From Catajapyx aquilonaris (taxonomy: Eukaryota): a stretch of 35,923 bases of DNA. Below, piece by piece: positions 11,960 to 22,057 of this stretch. The translations under genes and the position numbers were made by a program. The stretch is taken from NCBI GenBank assembly GCA_000934665.2, contig JYFJ02003967.1, positions 1-35,923 of the forward strand, written 5' to 3'. Numbering within the stretch: the first letter of the stretch is position 1; each line of letters opens with the position of its first letter. Under the pieces are notes generated by a model, which saw only the letters and a list, made by a program, of their open reading frames with translations, was not told the origin of the DNA and did not search any database.

Positions 11960-12113
11960 CAAACAAATCCAGCCAGTTACGTACACTGATGATCAACTGC
12001 AAAGCGAGCTGACGGACTCAATCAAGAAGTGTCAGTCACTTCTCAGAATGTTTCGGTACCTGGCCAAGCAGCAAGCACAAGTGTTTGATGCATCAGTAGC
12101 ACCAAGAAGCTAA
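11960..12113 (+). pseudogene. Additional 3' fragment of the THAP/C2H2 gene
   Basis: KKCQSLLRMFRYLAKQQAQVFDASVAPRS* and its downstream flank match 11155-11235 and 15470-15580. Confidence 0.6.
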
Positions 12114-12720
12114 TTAGTGCGGTTGAACACATATGCAACACATCTCATCTCTCCAGTATTGTCGTCCACTCCTTGAATTTTTAGAAATGCACTTGACAGC
12201 AGCTGAAGCTTTGAATATAATTTATGGAACAATTAATATTAATTACTGAGTTTGGAACTGACTGTACAGCAGCATTACAGTGCAATCTGCAATGAACATC
12301 TGCAGTGTTGACAAGTTTCACTTTCTGAATAAAAATTATTGAAGAGTGACTGCTTTAATGGACACAAAATAAACATTTCTCCGGGATTCTCACCTTTCTT
12401 GTTACGAGAGCTTTACATGATGGCGTCATCTGATGAGGGACCTTTTCCAGCCGCAGCGTATGATGTGCTCATAAACTAGCGGAAACAAGTGTCCTTGGAA
12501 AGGCTGATTAGGAGGAGGGAACTATTCTTCAGCAGGTCATGAGGGATGTTGACTCACCTGCAAATCACACGGAGGTCAGCTTGAAGCTGTGAAAACAATA
12601 ATTGCATGTCACCATTTTATCAATTTCATCAATTTATTTTCCATCCTTTTATTCAAGTTGCAAGCTCATACATTGCATGGGTCTTGTCAATTGCCCGCAG
12701 TCAAACTGGCTAATGGGGAA

Positions 12721-14004
12721 TTACTTTACAATCAAGGCCACATCAGGACGAGACCTTTCAAACTGAGCAATGGCCAGGCTCTGGTCAACACAAGAGCACT
12801 TCTCAACACAAAGAGAGTTGAGATTCGGCAACAGCAGCGCCAAGTCGTGGAGGCCTTTGTGGGAGATTTCATGGCATTCGACAAAGCTCAGCTTGGCCAG
12901 AGAGGTGCATCTCCCCATGGACCTCAGGCATGCATCATCAAAATTGTCTGCACATAGCAGCGTGAATGATTCCAGCCCTCTAGTCACGTTGGGCCAGGAG
13001 AACAATTTAGTGGCCACCGACTGGTTCAAGAAGGATGGCTGTGCAAGTGACAGGTGGCGGAGGTTTCCAAGGGAATGGAGTCCGTCAAGGGCTCTGTGGT
13101 CTGATAAGTCGCGTAGGAATGTTACAGAGAGATCTTCCACCTGTGGAAATTGTGCCAGGGTCAGATACGGCTGCAATGAGTCAAACCACCCAACTCCCAG
13201 CTTCTTGATTTGGTGGCCAGCAACTGAGGACAGCAGACGGAGTTCTTCTTCTGCATCAATTGATGTAGGACCGATGAAGACCTCTTTCAGGTTTGGCCAA
13301 CTGTGCTTAAGAGAGCCTGGACTGGCCGACCTTGCATCTCTCATGGTGAGTGACAGGTACAAACTGGTGAGGTGTGGAGCCACGCACATGAGGTCCAAGA
13401 CGTGGAGGCAGTCAGGTGGAAGCTTGCACCAGTCAATAGAGATGTGCGTCAATTGCCTGCTGTACATCTGGATCATCCGTTTCATTGTTTCTTCTCTCTT
13501 GAAGGTGATAAGCCTCAGGTGCAGAGATGTGACCCCTGGAGCCACAGCGTGAAGCACATCTACGACCTGATCATCTTCTGGTTTGACGAACTCCCACCAA
13601 ACCAACTCCAGCCTCTTGACGTGGACCATCCGTCCCCTTTGAAGCTCCAGCTGCCTCACCAACTGCTGCACTTTGCTGACTGTCACTCTGCCACCTTCCC
13701 TTATTTCCTCGAAATTAATCCTATCCAGCGTGACCTCCCTCCAGAGTTCCTTGTCGTAGGACAGCCTCCTCCACTGCCTGCAGACCGGTGCTGCGATCTT
13801 CACAAGCTCCTCCTTTGTCAGATAGGAGAAGACCTTCAGCGTGACCTCGTCGGGAAGGAGAGGCCTGCCCTCCTCCACCTGCGGAAGGATCAAAAAAGGA
13901 GTAATGATCCGCCATAAACCAAGATCCGTCCGACCCGTCCCCACCTGCTGCCGTCCCTCCTCCTCTTGATGGTCTCCCATCTGCTGCTGCAGTGTGCACC
14001 CCAT
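12721..14004 (-). CDS. F-box/LRR protein copy 2, intact
   Basis: Uninterrupted ORF with F-box LLPDEVTLKVFSYLTKEELVKIAAPVCRQWRRLSYDKELWREV followed by cysteine-containing-type LRRs. Probable 66-nt intron 13944-13879, conserved in position in copies 1 and 3. Minus-strand AATAAA at about 12650. Confidence 0.92.
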   Translation of the reverse strand: MGCTLQQQMGDHQEEEGRQQVGTGRTDLGLWRIITPFLILPQVEEGRPLLPDEVTLKVFSYLTKEELVKIAAPVCRQWRRLSYDKELWREVTLDRINFEEIREGGRVTVSKVQQLVRQLELQRGRMVHVKRLELVWWEFVKPEDDQVVDVLHAVAPGVTSLHLRLITFKREETMKRMIQMYSRQLTHISIDWCKLPPDCLHVLDLMCVAPHLTSLYLSLTMRDARSASPGSLKHSWPNLKEVFIGPTSIDAEEELRLLSSVAGHQIKKLGVGWFDSLQPYLTLAQFPQVEDLSVTFLRDLSDHRALDGLHSLGNLRHLSLAQPSFLNQSVATKLFSWPNVTRGLESFTLLCADNFDDACLRSMGRCTSLAKLSFVECHEISHKGLHDLALLLPNLNSLCVEKCSCVDQSLAIAQFERSRPDVALIVK

Positions 14005-14099
14005 CTTCCTTCAGGATCCCAAGTCCTGTGGGAAGAAGAAGAGAAGCGGGAGGTGGCCTTGATGGGTCAGAGTGTACACAGGAGGAGGCTGGTCCCCAC

Positions 14100-14260
14100 C
14101 TTGTGCAAGTCTCCGTACCTATAGTGTAATTAGGTCATGAACTCACCGCAATTGAAGTATGACTCATCCGACGAGACGAAGACGATCACCGATGAAGAGT
14201 GGTAAGGTGGCTTCCGGTGTCTCCTCCCCAAATATTTGCCTCAACTCCTCCAAATCAAAT
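14100..14260 (-). promoter_or_regulatory. Conserved upstream block (5' UTR exon/promoter) of the F-box genes; second copy at about 17610-17790
   Basis: Near-identical block in copies 2 and 3, containing a GTGAGT donor and an ACCGGAAG (ETS-like) motif on the minus strand. Confidence 0.55.
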
Positions 14261-14858
14261 GATTTAATTTTAATTCCACACTCAAATTACACTTTAAAAA
14301 TTGTTGTTTTAAAAATGTTTTTCTTCAGACGCAGCTCCATCCGTGACGTCACTACAGGGTGGCTCAAAATTGCGCAGCACATTCCACCATAAATCTGACA
14401 AAAAAAGAGACTGCAAATGGACCTGGAATGTGACTCAAATCCGATTACATGTGCATTGCATAGAATATTACTTTATATCTTTTGCCTTCTAAAGGGAAAG
14501 GAGTTAATTTTGCAGGCGTTCAACAAGTAAACAAGTCACCGAATCTTATTGTTTTCGAAGATGGGGTCCATCTCAGACGACAACAACATTTTAATGTATG
14601 GTAATATTTGTCTCATAATTTTGTTGTTTACAGGGCCGATAATTAGTCGGGAATGTTGCTAACAGTTTAATAAGGCCCGGGTGTAGCATAGTAATTATTG
14701 CCACAAATTCCCTGATTTTAATGGGCCGGACACCTGCTGGACAAACTAGGCCGCAAACACATCCGATGGACACAACGAACCATTTCGTACAGATGTTGAG
14801 ATGTACACAAATTTTTGTTCCAGATCTTATTGTTCCAGTTTGAATTCAATGCATGGAG

Positions 14859-15560
14859 ATGCCACTGAAGGGACAAGACTTGCTGCGTCTCCACCTGTTG
14901 GACCCACAGCCCCTGATCACAGTCGGAGGACAGCTGGACTCTCTTCTTCCCGATCCATCCCAAACTGAGGCTGCTCTGGAGGGAGGGAGGTCATTCTAAG
15001 GCCTGAAGGTCTGCTCCAAGTACTTCCTCAGATCAGGTGTCATCCAGGGCGGGAATCACCCGAAGCTGTAGGAAAATGCAGGTCCAACAATCTTTGCACA
15101 GCGCAGGTATCATTATAACCAAGGAGGTTGATTCAGCAAGTATTTTTTGATGCTACAATTTCTTTCAGACTTTGACGGCCTGCAATGGGCGGCACCCAGC
15201 GATTCAATCATGTCAAGCGAATCTGCAGCTGCTGCGTTTATTATGGATGACCCTACATTTCCATATGTCATTGTGATTTTATCATTAAGGGTATGTGCGA
15301 TGCAGTGTCAATTAATTAATCTGTGCTGCAATGACATGATTCAACTACTAATCTTCCCTAGCACTGGGAAATTATTTCCACTTTCAGAGGAGATCAAAGG
15401 AGAAGTTTCGTTGACATATCAGTGCTAACTCGTCTCTTTCTTGCCACTGGCCACAGCGATGCCCTAGCCTGAAGTGCGACGAGTGCTGCAAGACCTTATT
15501 CTGGTACCCATCGCATCTGGCCAAACAAGGGCTCTTGATGCAGCAGTACCGAGAAGCTAA
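14859..15560 (+). pseudogene. THAP/C2H2 gene copy 3, most complete but multiply disrupted
   Basis: ATG CCA, CCVSTC, KVCSKYF and KL*ENAGPTIF (AVPTIF-like box), GT-AG introns, and a last exon with a KCDECCKTLFWYPSHLAK finger remnant. Contains stops and frameshifts. Confidence 0.72.
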
Positions 15561-16124
15561 TTAGTGCTGGTGAACAAATGTAGAACATATGGCAATAAAA
15601 TAATTAATCTTCATCACTCCAGTATTGTCATGCACTCCCTGAATTCTTGGAATTGCACTTGACAGCAGCTGAAGCTTTAAATATAATTTATGGCACAATT
15701 GATATTAATTACAGGGTTTAATTACTTGGAATTGACTCAATTTATCAATCACATTTTATGGCACAAATGAATATTAATTAGAGGGTTTGGAATGGACTAG
15801 GTAGAGCAGCATTCCAGTTCAATGAATGTCGTGTGTTGACAAAGACATTTCTCCGCATTTCTCACCTTTGTTGTTATGAGAGCTTCACGTGATGGTATCA
15901 TCTGATGAGGGACCTACTCTTCCAGCCGCAGCGTATGATGTGCTCGTAAACTAGTGGAAACAAGTGCCCTTGGAAAGGCTGATTAGAAGGAGGAAGTATT
16001 CTTCAGCAGCTGATGAGGGATGCTTATTGGCTTGCAAATCACACGGATGTCGGGTTGGAAGCTGTGAAAACAATTGCATGGGACCATTTCCAAGAAGAAT
16101 TAGCTCAATTTATTTCCCATCCTT

Positions 16125-17415
16125 TTATTCAAGTTGCAAGCTCACACATTGCATGGGTCTTCGTCGATATTGCCATAGACAAGGAATTACAGTCAAGGCC
16201 ACGTCAGGACGAGACCTTTTGAACTGAGCAATGGCCTGGCTCCTGTCAACACAACGGCAATTCTCAACACGAAGAGACTTGAGATTCGGCAACAATAGCG
16301 CCAAGTCATGGAGGCCTTTGTGGGAGATTTCACGGCATTGGACAAAGGTCAGCTTGGTCAGAGAGGTGGATCTCCCAATGGAACTCAGGCATGCATCATC
16401 GAAGTTGTCTGCAAATACCAGCCTGAATGATTCCAGGCCTCTAGTCATGTTTGGCAAGGAGAACAATTTAGTGGTCACCGACTGGTTCAGGAAGGATGGC
16501 CCTGAAAGTGTCAGGTGGCGGAGGTTTTCAAGGTAACCCAGTTCGTCAAGGGCTCTGTGGTCTGAGAAGTCGAATTGGATTCCTACATGGAAATCTTCCA
16601 CCTGTGGAAATCGTGCCAGGTTCAGATATGGGTCGAATGTCTCCTCCAAGTACCCAACTGATAGCTTCTTGATATGATGGCCAGCCACTGAGGACAGCAG
16701 CTGGAGTTCTTCTTCTGCGCTTGGAGAATCACTGATGAAGGCCTCGTTCACATTAGGCCAACTGTGCTTAAGTGATCCTGGATGTGCCCATCCTTTGTTG
16801 TCCATCAGGCGCAAACTGGTGAGGTGTGGAGCATCACACATGATGTCCATGACGTGAAGGCTGCCTGTCGGAAATGTGCACGCGTAAATAGAGATGTCTG
16901 TCAACTGCCTGCTGTACATCTGGATCATCCGTTTCATTGCTTCTTTTCCAGAGAAGCTGCTAAACGACAGGTGCAAAGACGTGATGCCTGGAGCCAAGGT
17001 CGGGAGGGCAGATAAGATTCGATCATCCTCTGGATGGAAATCCCATAAACCCAACTCCAGCTTCTTGACATGGATCATCCGTCCCCTGTGAAGCTTCAGC
17101 TGCCTCGCCAACTGCTGGGCTGCAGTTCTCCCACCTTCCCTTATGTCCTTGAAATTCAACTCACACAGCTGCACCTCCCTCCAGAGTAGTGGGTCGTAGG
17201 ACAGCCTCCTCCACTGCCTGCAGACAGGTGCAGCCCTCTTCACGAGCTCCCTTCTCGTCAGATAGGAGAAGACCTTCAGTGTGACCTCTTCAGGAAGGAG
17301 AGGCCTGCCCTCCTCCGCCTGCAGAAGGATGGAAAGTAGCGAAAGTGCATATTCTGACACGTACTCATCACAACTTCACCTGTTCTTCCACCTCTCGGCT
17401 CATGTAGCCTCCCAT
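16125..17415 (-). CDS. F-box/LRR protein copy 3, open frame with extended C-terminus
   Basis: Exon 17415-17380, a 61-nt intron, and main exon 17318-16125. The VALTVK-stop end is lost by a small deletion, adding about 20 residues. Confidence 0.88.
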
Positions 17416-17824
17416 CACTTGTCCTCCTCTTCCTTCAGGACCACCCCAGCTAGTCCTGTGGGAAGAAGAAGAAGAAGGAGTGAGCCCCTCGTGTCCAACC
17501 CGTGAAGTGCGGACATGGCCGATCTGGTATCTCCAACAACAAGGAGTGGGACAATAAGCACTGGTCAGAGGCCTTGGTGGGTCAGACGTATGTACAGAAA
17601 GAGGCTGTGGTCCCCACCCTTCTTGAGCACCACACGTCTCCGTACCTATAGTGTGTAATTAGGTCATGAACTCACCGCAATCGAAGTATGACTCCTGACT
17701 AGACAAAGACGATCACCGATGAAGAGTGGTAGGGTGGCGACATCTGCTTCCGGTGTCTCCTCTCCAAATATTTCCCTCACCCCTCCAAATGAAACGGTTT
17801 ATTGTTAATTCCACACAACAATTA

Positions 17825-18010
17825 ATCTAATACATATTTCAAGACCTATATCTGTCTGTCTGTCTTTCTGTCTGTCACCTAAACAGATCCATACGGAGGC
17901 CTCCACATATGCCCCAGGGGTATCACCAGGGGTAGTTTTTTTTACCGGAAATAAGGTTCTTAGCGCATTGGAATTGACCTCCGAGGTCATCCTTGGCCAC
18001 AGGAGGCGAA
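17825..18010 (+). mobile_element. Possible 5' end of a non-autonomous Helitron
   Basis: A|TCTAATACATAT start followed by a (TCTG)n microsatellite. It begins where homology with the copy 2 upstream block ends. Confidence 0.4.
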
Positions 18011-18149
18011 AAGTACTTTGGAACTCTTCTAATAATGAGCAATTGGCTGTAAACATCACCTGTCTTGGGTTACCGAGGCAACCACTGAATGCCCAATGCC
18101 TTGAATCACCCCCTCCCGCCTTCCCCCCCAATACTAATACTAATGCGCC

Positions 18150-18270
18150 CCCTTAACCTTAACGTGGTGGTGGGCCTTGAGTTCTCCAGCGACCCCATAG
18201 CTACCTGCTGGCACAGTCATCCAGGCCAGAATGGCCATTTTGGGGTTGGGGAATGACTAAGAGAGGTGCC
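18150..18270 (+). mobile_element. Possible RTE-clade LINE 5' UTR fragment
   Basis: ACCTTAACGTGGTGGTGGG...GACC...AGCTA...GACTAAGAGAG resembles the conserved RTE/Expander 5' UTR (from memory, not aligned). Confidence 0.4.
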
Positions 18271-19463
18271 GGTCTTTCAATGCTATTCTACATTATTACT
18301 GCAAAACCTTCAATTTTTCATGACATACTTTTGCTGGATTTTTAAGGCGTATATTGGATCAGGAATTTTCTTGACTTGAAAATTCCAGAATTTCAAGTGC
18401 AGTTTTTGTTCGTTTGTTTGTTGTTGTTTTTTTGCAAAACTAGAATCAGGTATAACCGTACTTATCACCCAACATAATTATTACGAACCTCTTCCACTAA
18501 GACTACACTACTGATGTGAGACACATAATCAGGTCGCCAAGTGACATCTGAAACCAAGGTGTGGCTGCAAAAATTTAATGTCTATTCGTCACCATTCTTG
18601 TTTTTAAGCATTATGTCACATTTTAAATATCAGTTGTTAATTGAGTGTGACAAACCACCACCGAGTCACCAGTCTCCACGTTGTAGTTCTCAAAATAATA
18701 ATCCCAGATAATTATAATTATGAGCAATGCACATTTTCTTAGTCCAAAGTGTAACTTATTATTTATCGCACCATGAGTTGGGAATGGGCATATGTACAGT
18801 ACTGTAGATGATAAGAAGTCACAACTTGTTTAAATGAATATTTTTTAAAAAATTCGAACCCTAAAAAACAGAGTTTTTGGTTGTTTTTTAACATGTTTTT
18901 TTTTTCCCCCACCAACCCTGGTTACCACGGACCAAGAGCTGATTAGCTCTTGCATGGACTAACAAACAACCTTTTTCTAACTTTTATGCCTGTAAGACTA
19001 ATGTAAGCATTCAAGATTGGCATCTTTGACACCATGGAAAGGGCGGGTTGCCGTGGACAAGCGTTGCCATGTCGAACCTGGACAAACACACAAGCAGAAT
19101 TTGATGTATCACCTCACGGTTCATACGGGAGAGAACTTATTTCAGTTGCTGCATAATAATCATTGAAAAGGAACACAAAAACATTTTCCCGCATTTCTCC
19201 CCTTTCTTGTTAGGAGAGATTCACTTGATGGAGTCATCTGAAGAGGGACCTTTTCTATAGCTTCAGGGTGCGTCATGTGCCCTTGGAAAGGCTGATTAGG
19301 AGGAGGGATGCTTATACTCTCTTGCAAATCAAACTGATGTCAGCTGGAAGCTGTGAAAACAATTGCATGGGACCATTTCCAAGAAAAATTGTTCAATTTA
19401 TTTCCCATCCCTTTTATTCATGTTGCGAGCTCATACATTGCATGGATCTCGTCAATATTACTG

Positions 19464-20630
19464 TCAAAAACCTAGCACATGGGAAATTATATAAAAGGCC
19501 ACGTCAGGACGAGACCTTTTGAAATGAGCAGTGGCCAAGCTCCTGTCAACACCATCACAATTAACTACTTTAACAGACTTTAGTTTTGGCAGCACTTTGA
19601 TCAAATCATGGAGGCCATCGTGGGTGATTTCAGGGCAGCAAGCAAAGCTCAGCTTGGAGAGAGAGGTGCATCTCCCCATGGACATGAGGCATGCGTTGTC
19701 AAAGTTGGCAAACATCAGCCTGAATGATTCCAGCCCTCTAGTCATGTTTGGCCAGGAGAACAATTTAGTGGCCACCGACTGGTTCAGGAAGGATGGCCAC
19801 CTCAGGGTCAGGCGGTGAAGGTTTCCAAGGGAACTGAGTCCGTCAAGGGCTCTGTCGTCTGAGAAGGGGAGTGGGAATGATACGGAGAGATCTTCCACCT
19901 GTGGAAATTGTGCCAGGGCCAGATATGGCTGCGATGTGTTAAACCATCTAACTTTCAGCTTCTTGATTTGTTGGCCAGCAACTGAGGACAGCAGACGGAG
20001 TTCTTCATCTGCATCATTTGATATATTACCGATGCAGACCTCATTCAGGTTTGGCCAAATGTGCTTGAGAGATCCTGGGGGTGACCACCTTAGTTCTCCT
20101 CCATTGTCTGACAGGTGCAAACTGGTGAGCTGTGGAGCCAGGCACATGAGGTCCAAGACGTGAAGACTGTCAGGCGGAAACGTGCACCCGTAAACTAAGA
20201 TGTGCGTCAACTGCCTGCTGTACATCTGGATCATCCGTTTCATTGTTTCTTCTCTCGTGAAGGTGATACGCCTCAGGTGCAGAGATGTGACCCCTGGAGC
20301 CACAGCATGAAGCACATCTACGATCTGGTCATCTTCAGGTTTGAGGAACTGCCACCAAACCAACTCCAGCCTCTTGACGTGGACCATCCGTCCCCTTTGA
20401 AGCTCCAGCTGCCTCACCAACTGCTGGGCTCTGCTGATTGTCACTCTCCCACCTTCCCTTATGTCCTGGAAATTCATCTCACTGAGCTTCGCCTCCCTCC
20501 AGAGTTCTCTGTCGTAGGACAGCCTCCTCCACTGCCTGCAGACCGATGCTGCACTCTTCACCAGCTCCTCTTTCGTCAGGTAGGAGATCTTGAGAGTCAC
20601 TTCATCTGGGAAGAGTGGGCTGCCCTCTGC
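19464..20630 (-). CDS. F-box/LRR copy 4: main exon open, first exon and promoter missing
   Basis: Acceptor CAG at 20633-20631. F-box LFPDEVTLKISYLTKEELV has a one-codon deletion. Sequence upstream of about 20670 is the 3' flank of copy 5. The C-terminus is altered. Confidence 0.78.
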   Translation of the reverse strand, partial: AEGSPLFPDEVTLKISYLTKEELVKSAASVCRQWRRLSYDRELWREAKLSEMNFQDIREGGRVTISRAQQLVRQLELQRGRMVHVKRLELVWWQFLKPEDDQIVDVLHAVAPGVTSLHLRRITFTREETMKRMIQMYSRQLTHILVYGCTFPPDSLHVLDLMCLAPQLTSLHLSDNGGELRWSPPGSLKHIWPNLNEVCIGNISNDADEELRLLSSVAGQQIKKLKVRWFNTSQPYLALAQFPQVEDLSVSFPLPFSDDRALDGLSSLGNLHRLTLRWPSFLNQSVATKLFSWPNMTRGLESFRLMFANFDNACLMSMGRCTSLSKLSFACCPEITHDGLHDLIKVLPKLKSVKVVNCDGVDRSLATAHFKRSRPDVAFYIISHVLGF

Positions 20631-21037
20631 CTGTTGAAGGACCAAAAGGGTAATCATAATAATGGCCTTCATAATAAATTTTGAAAAGTGCTGCTTTAAT
20701 GGACACAAAATAAACATTTCTCTCGGATTTCTCACCTTTCTTGTTAAGGAGCTAGTGTCACCTGATGAGGGACCTTTTCCAGCCGCAGCGTATGATGTGG
20801 CTCGTAAAACTAGTGGAAACAAGTGCCCTTGCAATGGCTGATTAGGAGGGAAGTATTCTTCAGCAGCAGATGAGGGATGCTTACTCGCTTGCAAATCACA
20901 CGGAGGTCAGCTTGAAGCTGGGAAAACAATTGCAGGCCATCATTTACAAGAAGAATTCCCTCAATTTATTTTCCATCCTTTTATTCAAGTTGCATGGGTC
21001 TTGCCAATTGCCCGCAGTCAAACTGGCTAATGGGGAA

Positions 21038-21922
21038 TTACTTTACAGTCAAGGCCACATCAGGACGAGACCTTTCAAACTGAGCAATGGCCAGGCTCTG
21101 GTCAACACTGGTGCACCTCTCAACATGAACAGACTTGAGGTTTGGCAACAGTAGCGCCAAGTCATGGAGGCCTTTGTGGGAGATTTCACGGCATTCGACA
21201 AAGGTCAGCTTGGTCAGAGAGGTGGATCTCCCAATGGAACTCAGGCATGCATCATCAAAGTTGTCTGCAAATTCCAGCCTGAATGATTCCAGGCCTCGAG
21301 TCATGTTTGGCAAGGAGAACAATTTAGTGGTCACCGACTGGTTCAGGAAGGATGGCCATGTAAGTGTCAGGTGGCGGAGGTTTTCAAGGGAACCGAGTCC
21401 ATCAAGGGCTCTGTTGTCTGAGAAGCGGAATGGGAACATGAACTGGAGATATTCAACCTGTGGAAACTGTGCCACGGTCAGATATGGCTGCAATGTGTTA
21501 AACCATCTAACTTTCAGTTTCTTGATTTGCTGGCCAGCAACTGAGGACAGCAGACGGAGTTCTTCATCTGAATCATTTGTTGGAGGACGGATGCAGACCT
21601 CATTCAGGTTTGGCCAACTGTGCTCAATTAATCCTGGATTGGGCAACCTTGGACTTGGTTCATTGCAAGACAGGTCCAAACTGGTGAGGTGCGGAGCGTC
21701 ACACATGATGTCCAAGGCATGGAGGCTGCCAGGTGGAGATACGCAGGAGAAAAGTGAGATGTGCGTCAGTTGCCTGCTGTACATCAGGTGCATCCGTGTG
21801 AGTGTTTCTTCTCTCTTGATCGTCATGTGCGCCAGGTGCAGAGACACGACCCCTGGAGCCTCCCATGTCTTGAATCCGTCAGACTCGAAATGGCTTCTCC
21901 CCGGTAGGGCAGCATATCCCAT
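21038..21922 (-). CDS. LRR-only copy 5 (F-box deleted; novel 21-aa N-terminus)
   Basis: Homology to the paralogs stops at APGVVSL (about 21860). An in-frame ATG lies at 21922. No stops, and the canonical VALTVK* end is kept. Confidence 0.7.
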   Translation of the reverse strand: MGYAALPGRSHFESDGFKTWEAPGVVSLHLAHMTIKREETLTRMHLMYSRQLTHISLFSCVSPPGSLHALDIMCDAPHLTSLDLSCNEPSPRLPNPGLIEHSWPNLNEVCIRPPTNDSDEELRLLSSVAGQQIKKLKVRWFNTLQPYLTVAQFPQVEYLQFMFPFRFSDNRALDGLGSLENLRHLTLTWPSFLNQSVTTKLFSLPNMTRGLESFRLEFADNFDDACLSSIGRSTSLTKLTFVECREISHKGLHDLALLLPNLKSVHVERCTSVDQSLAIAQFERSRPDVALTVK

Positions 21923-22057
21923 TGACTCAATATGGTTTCTCCCCTGTCATTACTGCTCATAATATTTCCTTTTCCTCTTGAACGAGACAGACAACAATCC
22001 TTCTCGAGAGAAAGAGGGCCTGGTTTGTTGTTGTTGTTGTTGGGTTCAACTATCCAG

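Noticed and set aside
12770..13917. Long plus-strand ORFs opposite the F-box genes (also 8883..9518, 20202..20684, 21135..21962)
   Set aside because: Antisense shadows of GC-rich coding sequence, with no domains and inconsistent ends among paralogs.
7345..15560. THAP ORFs as an active P-element or Kolobok transposase
   Set aside because: No catalytic domain follows; the gene ends in a C2H2 remnant and every copy is disrupted.
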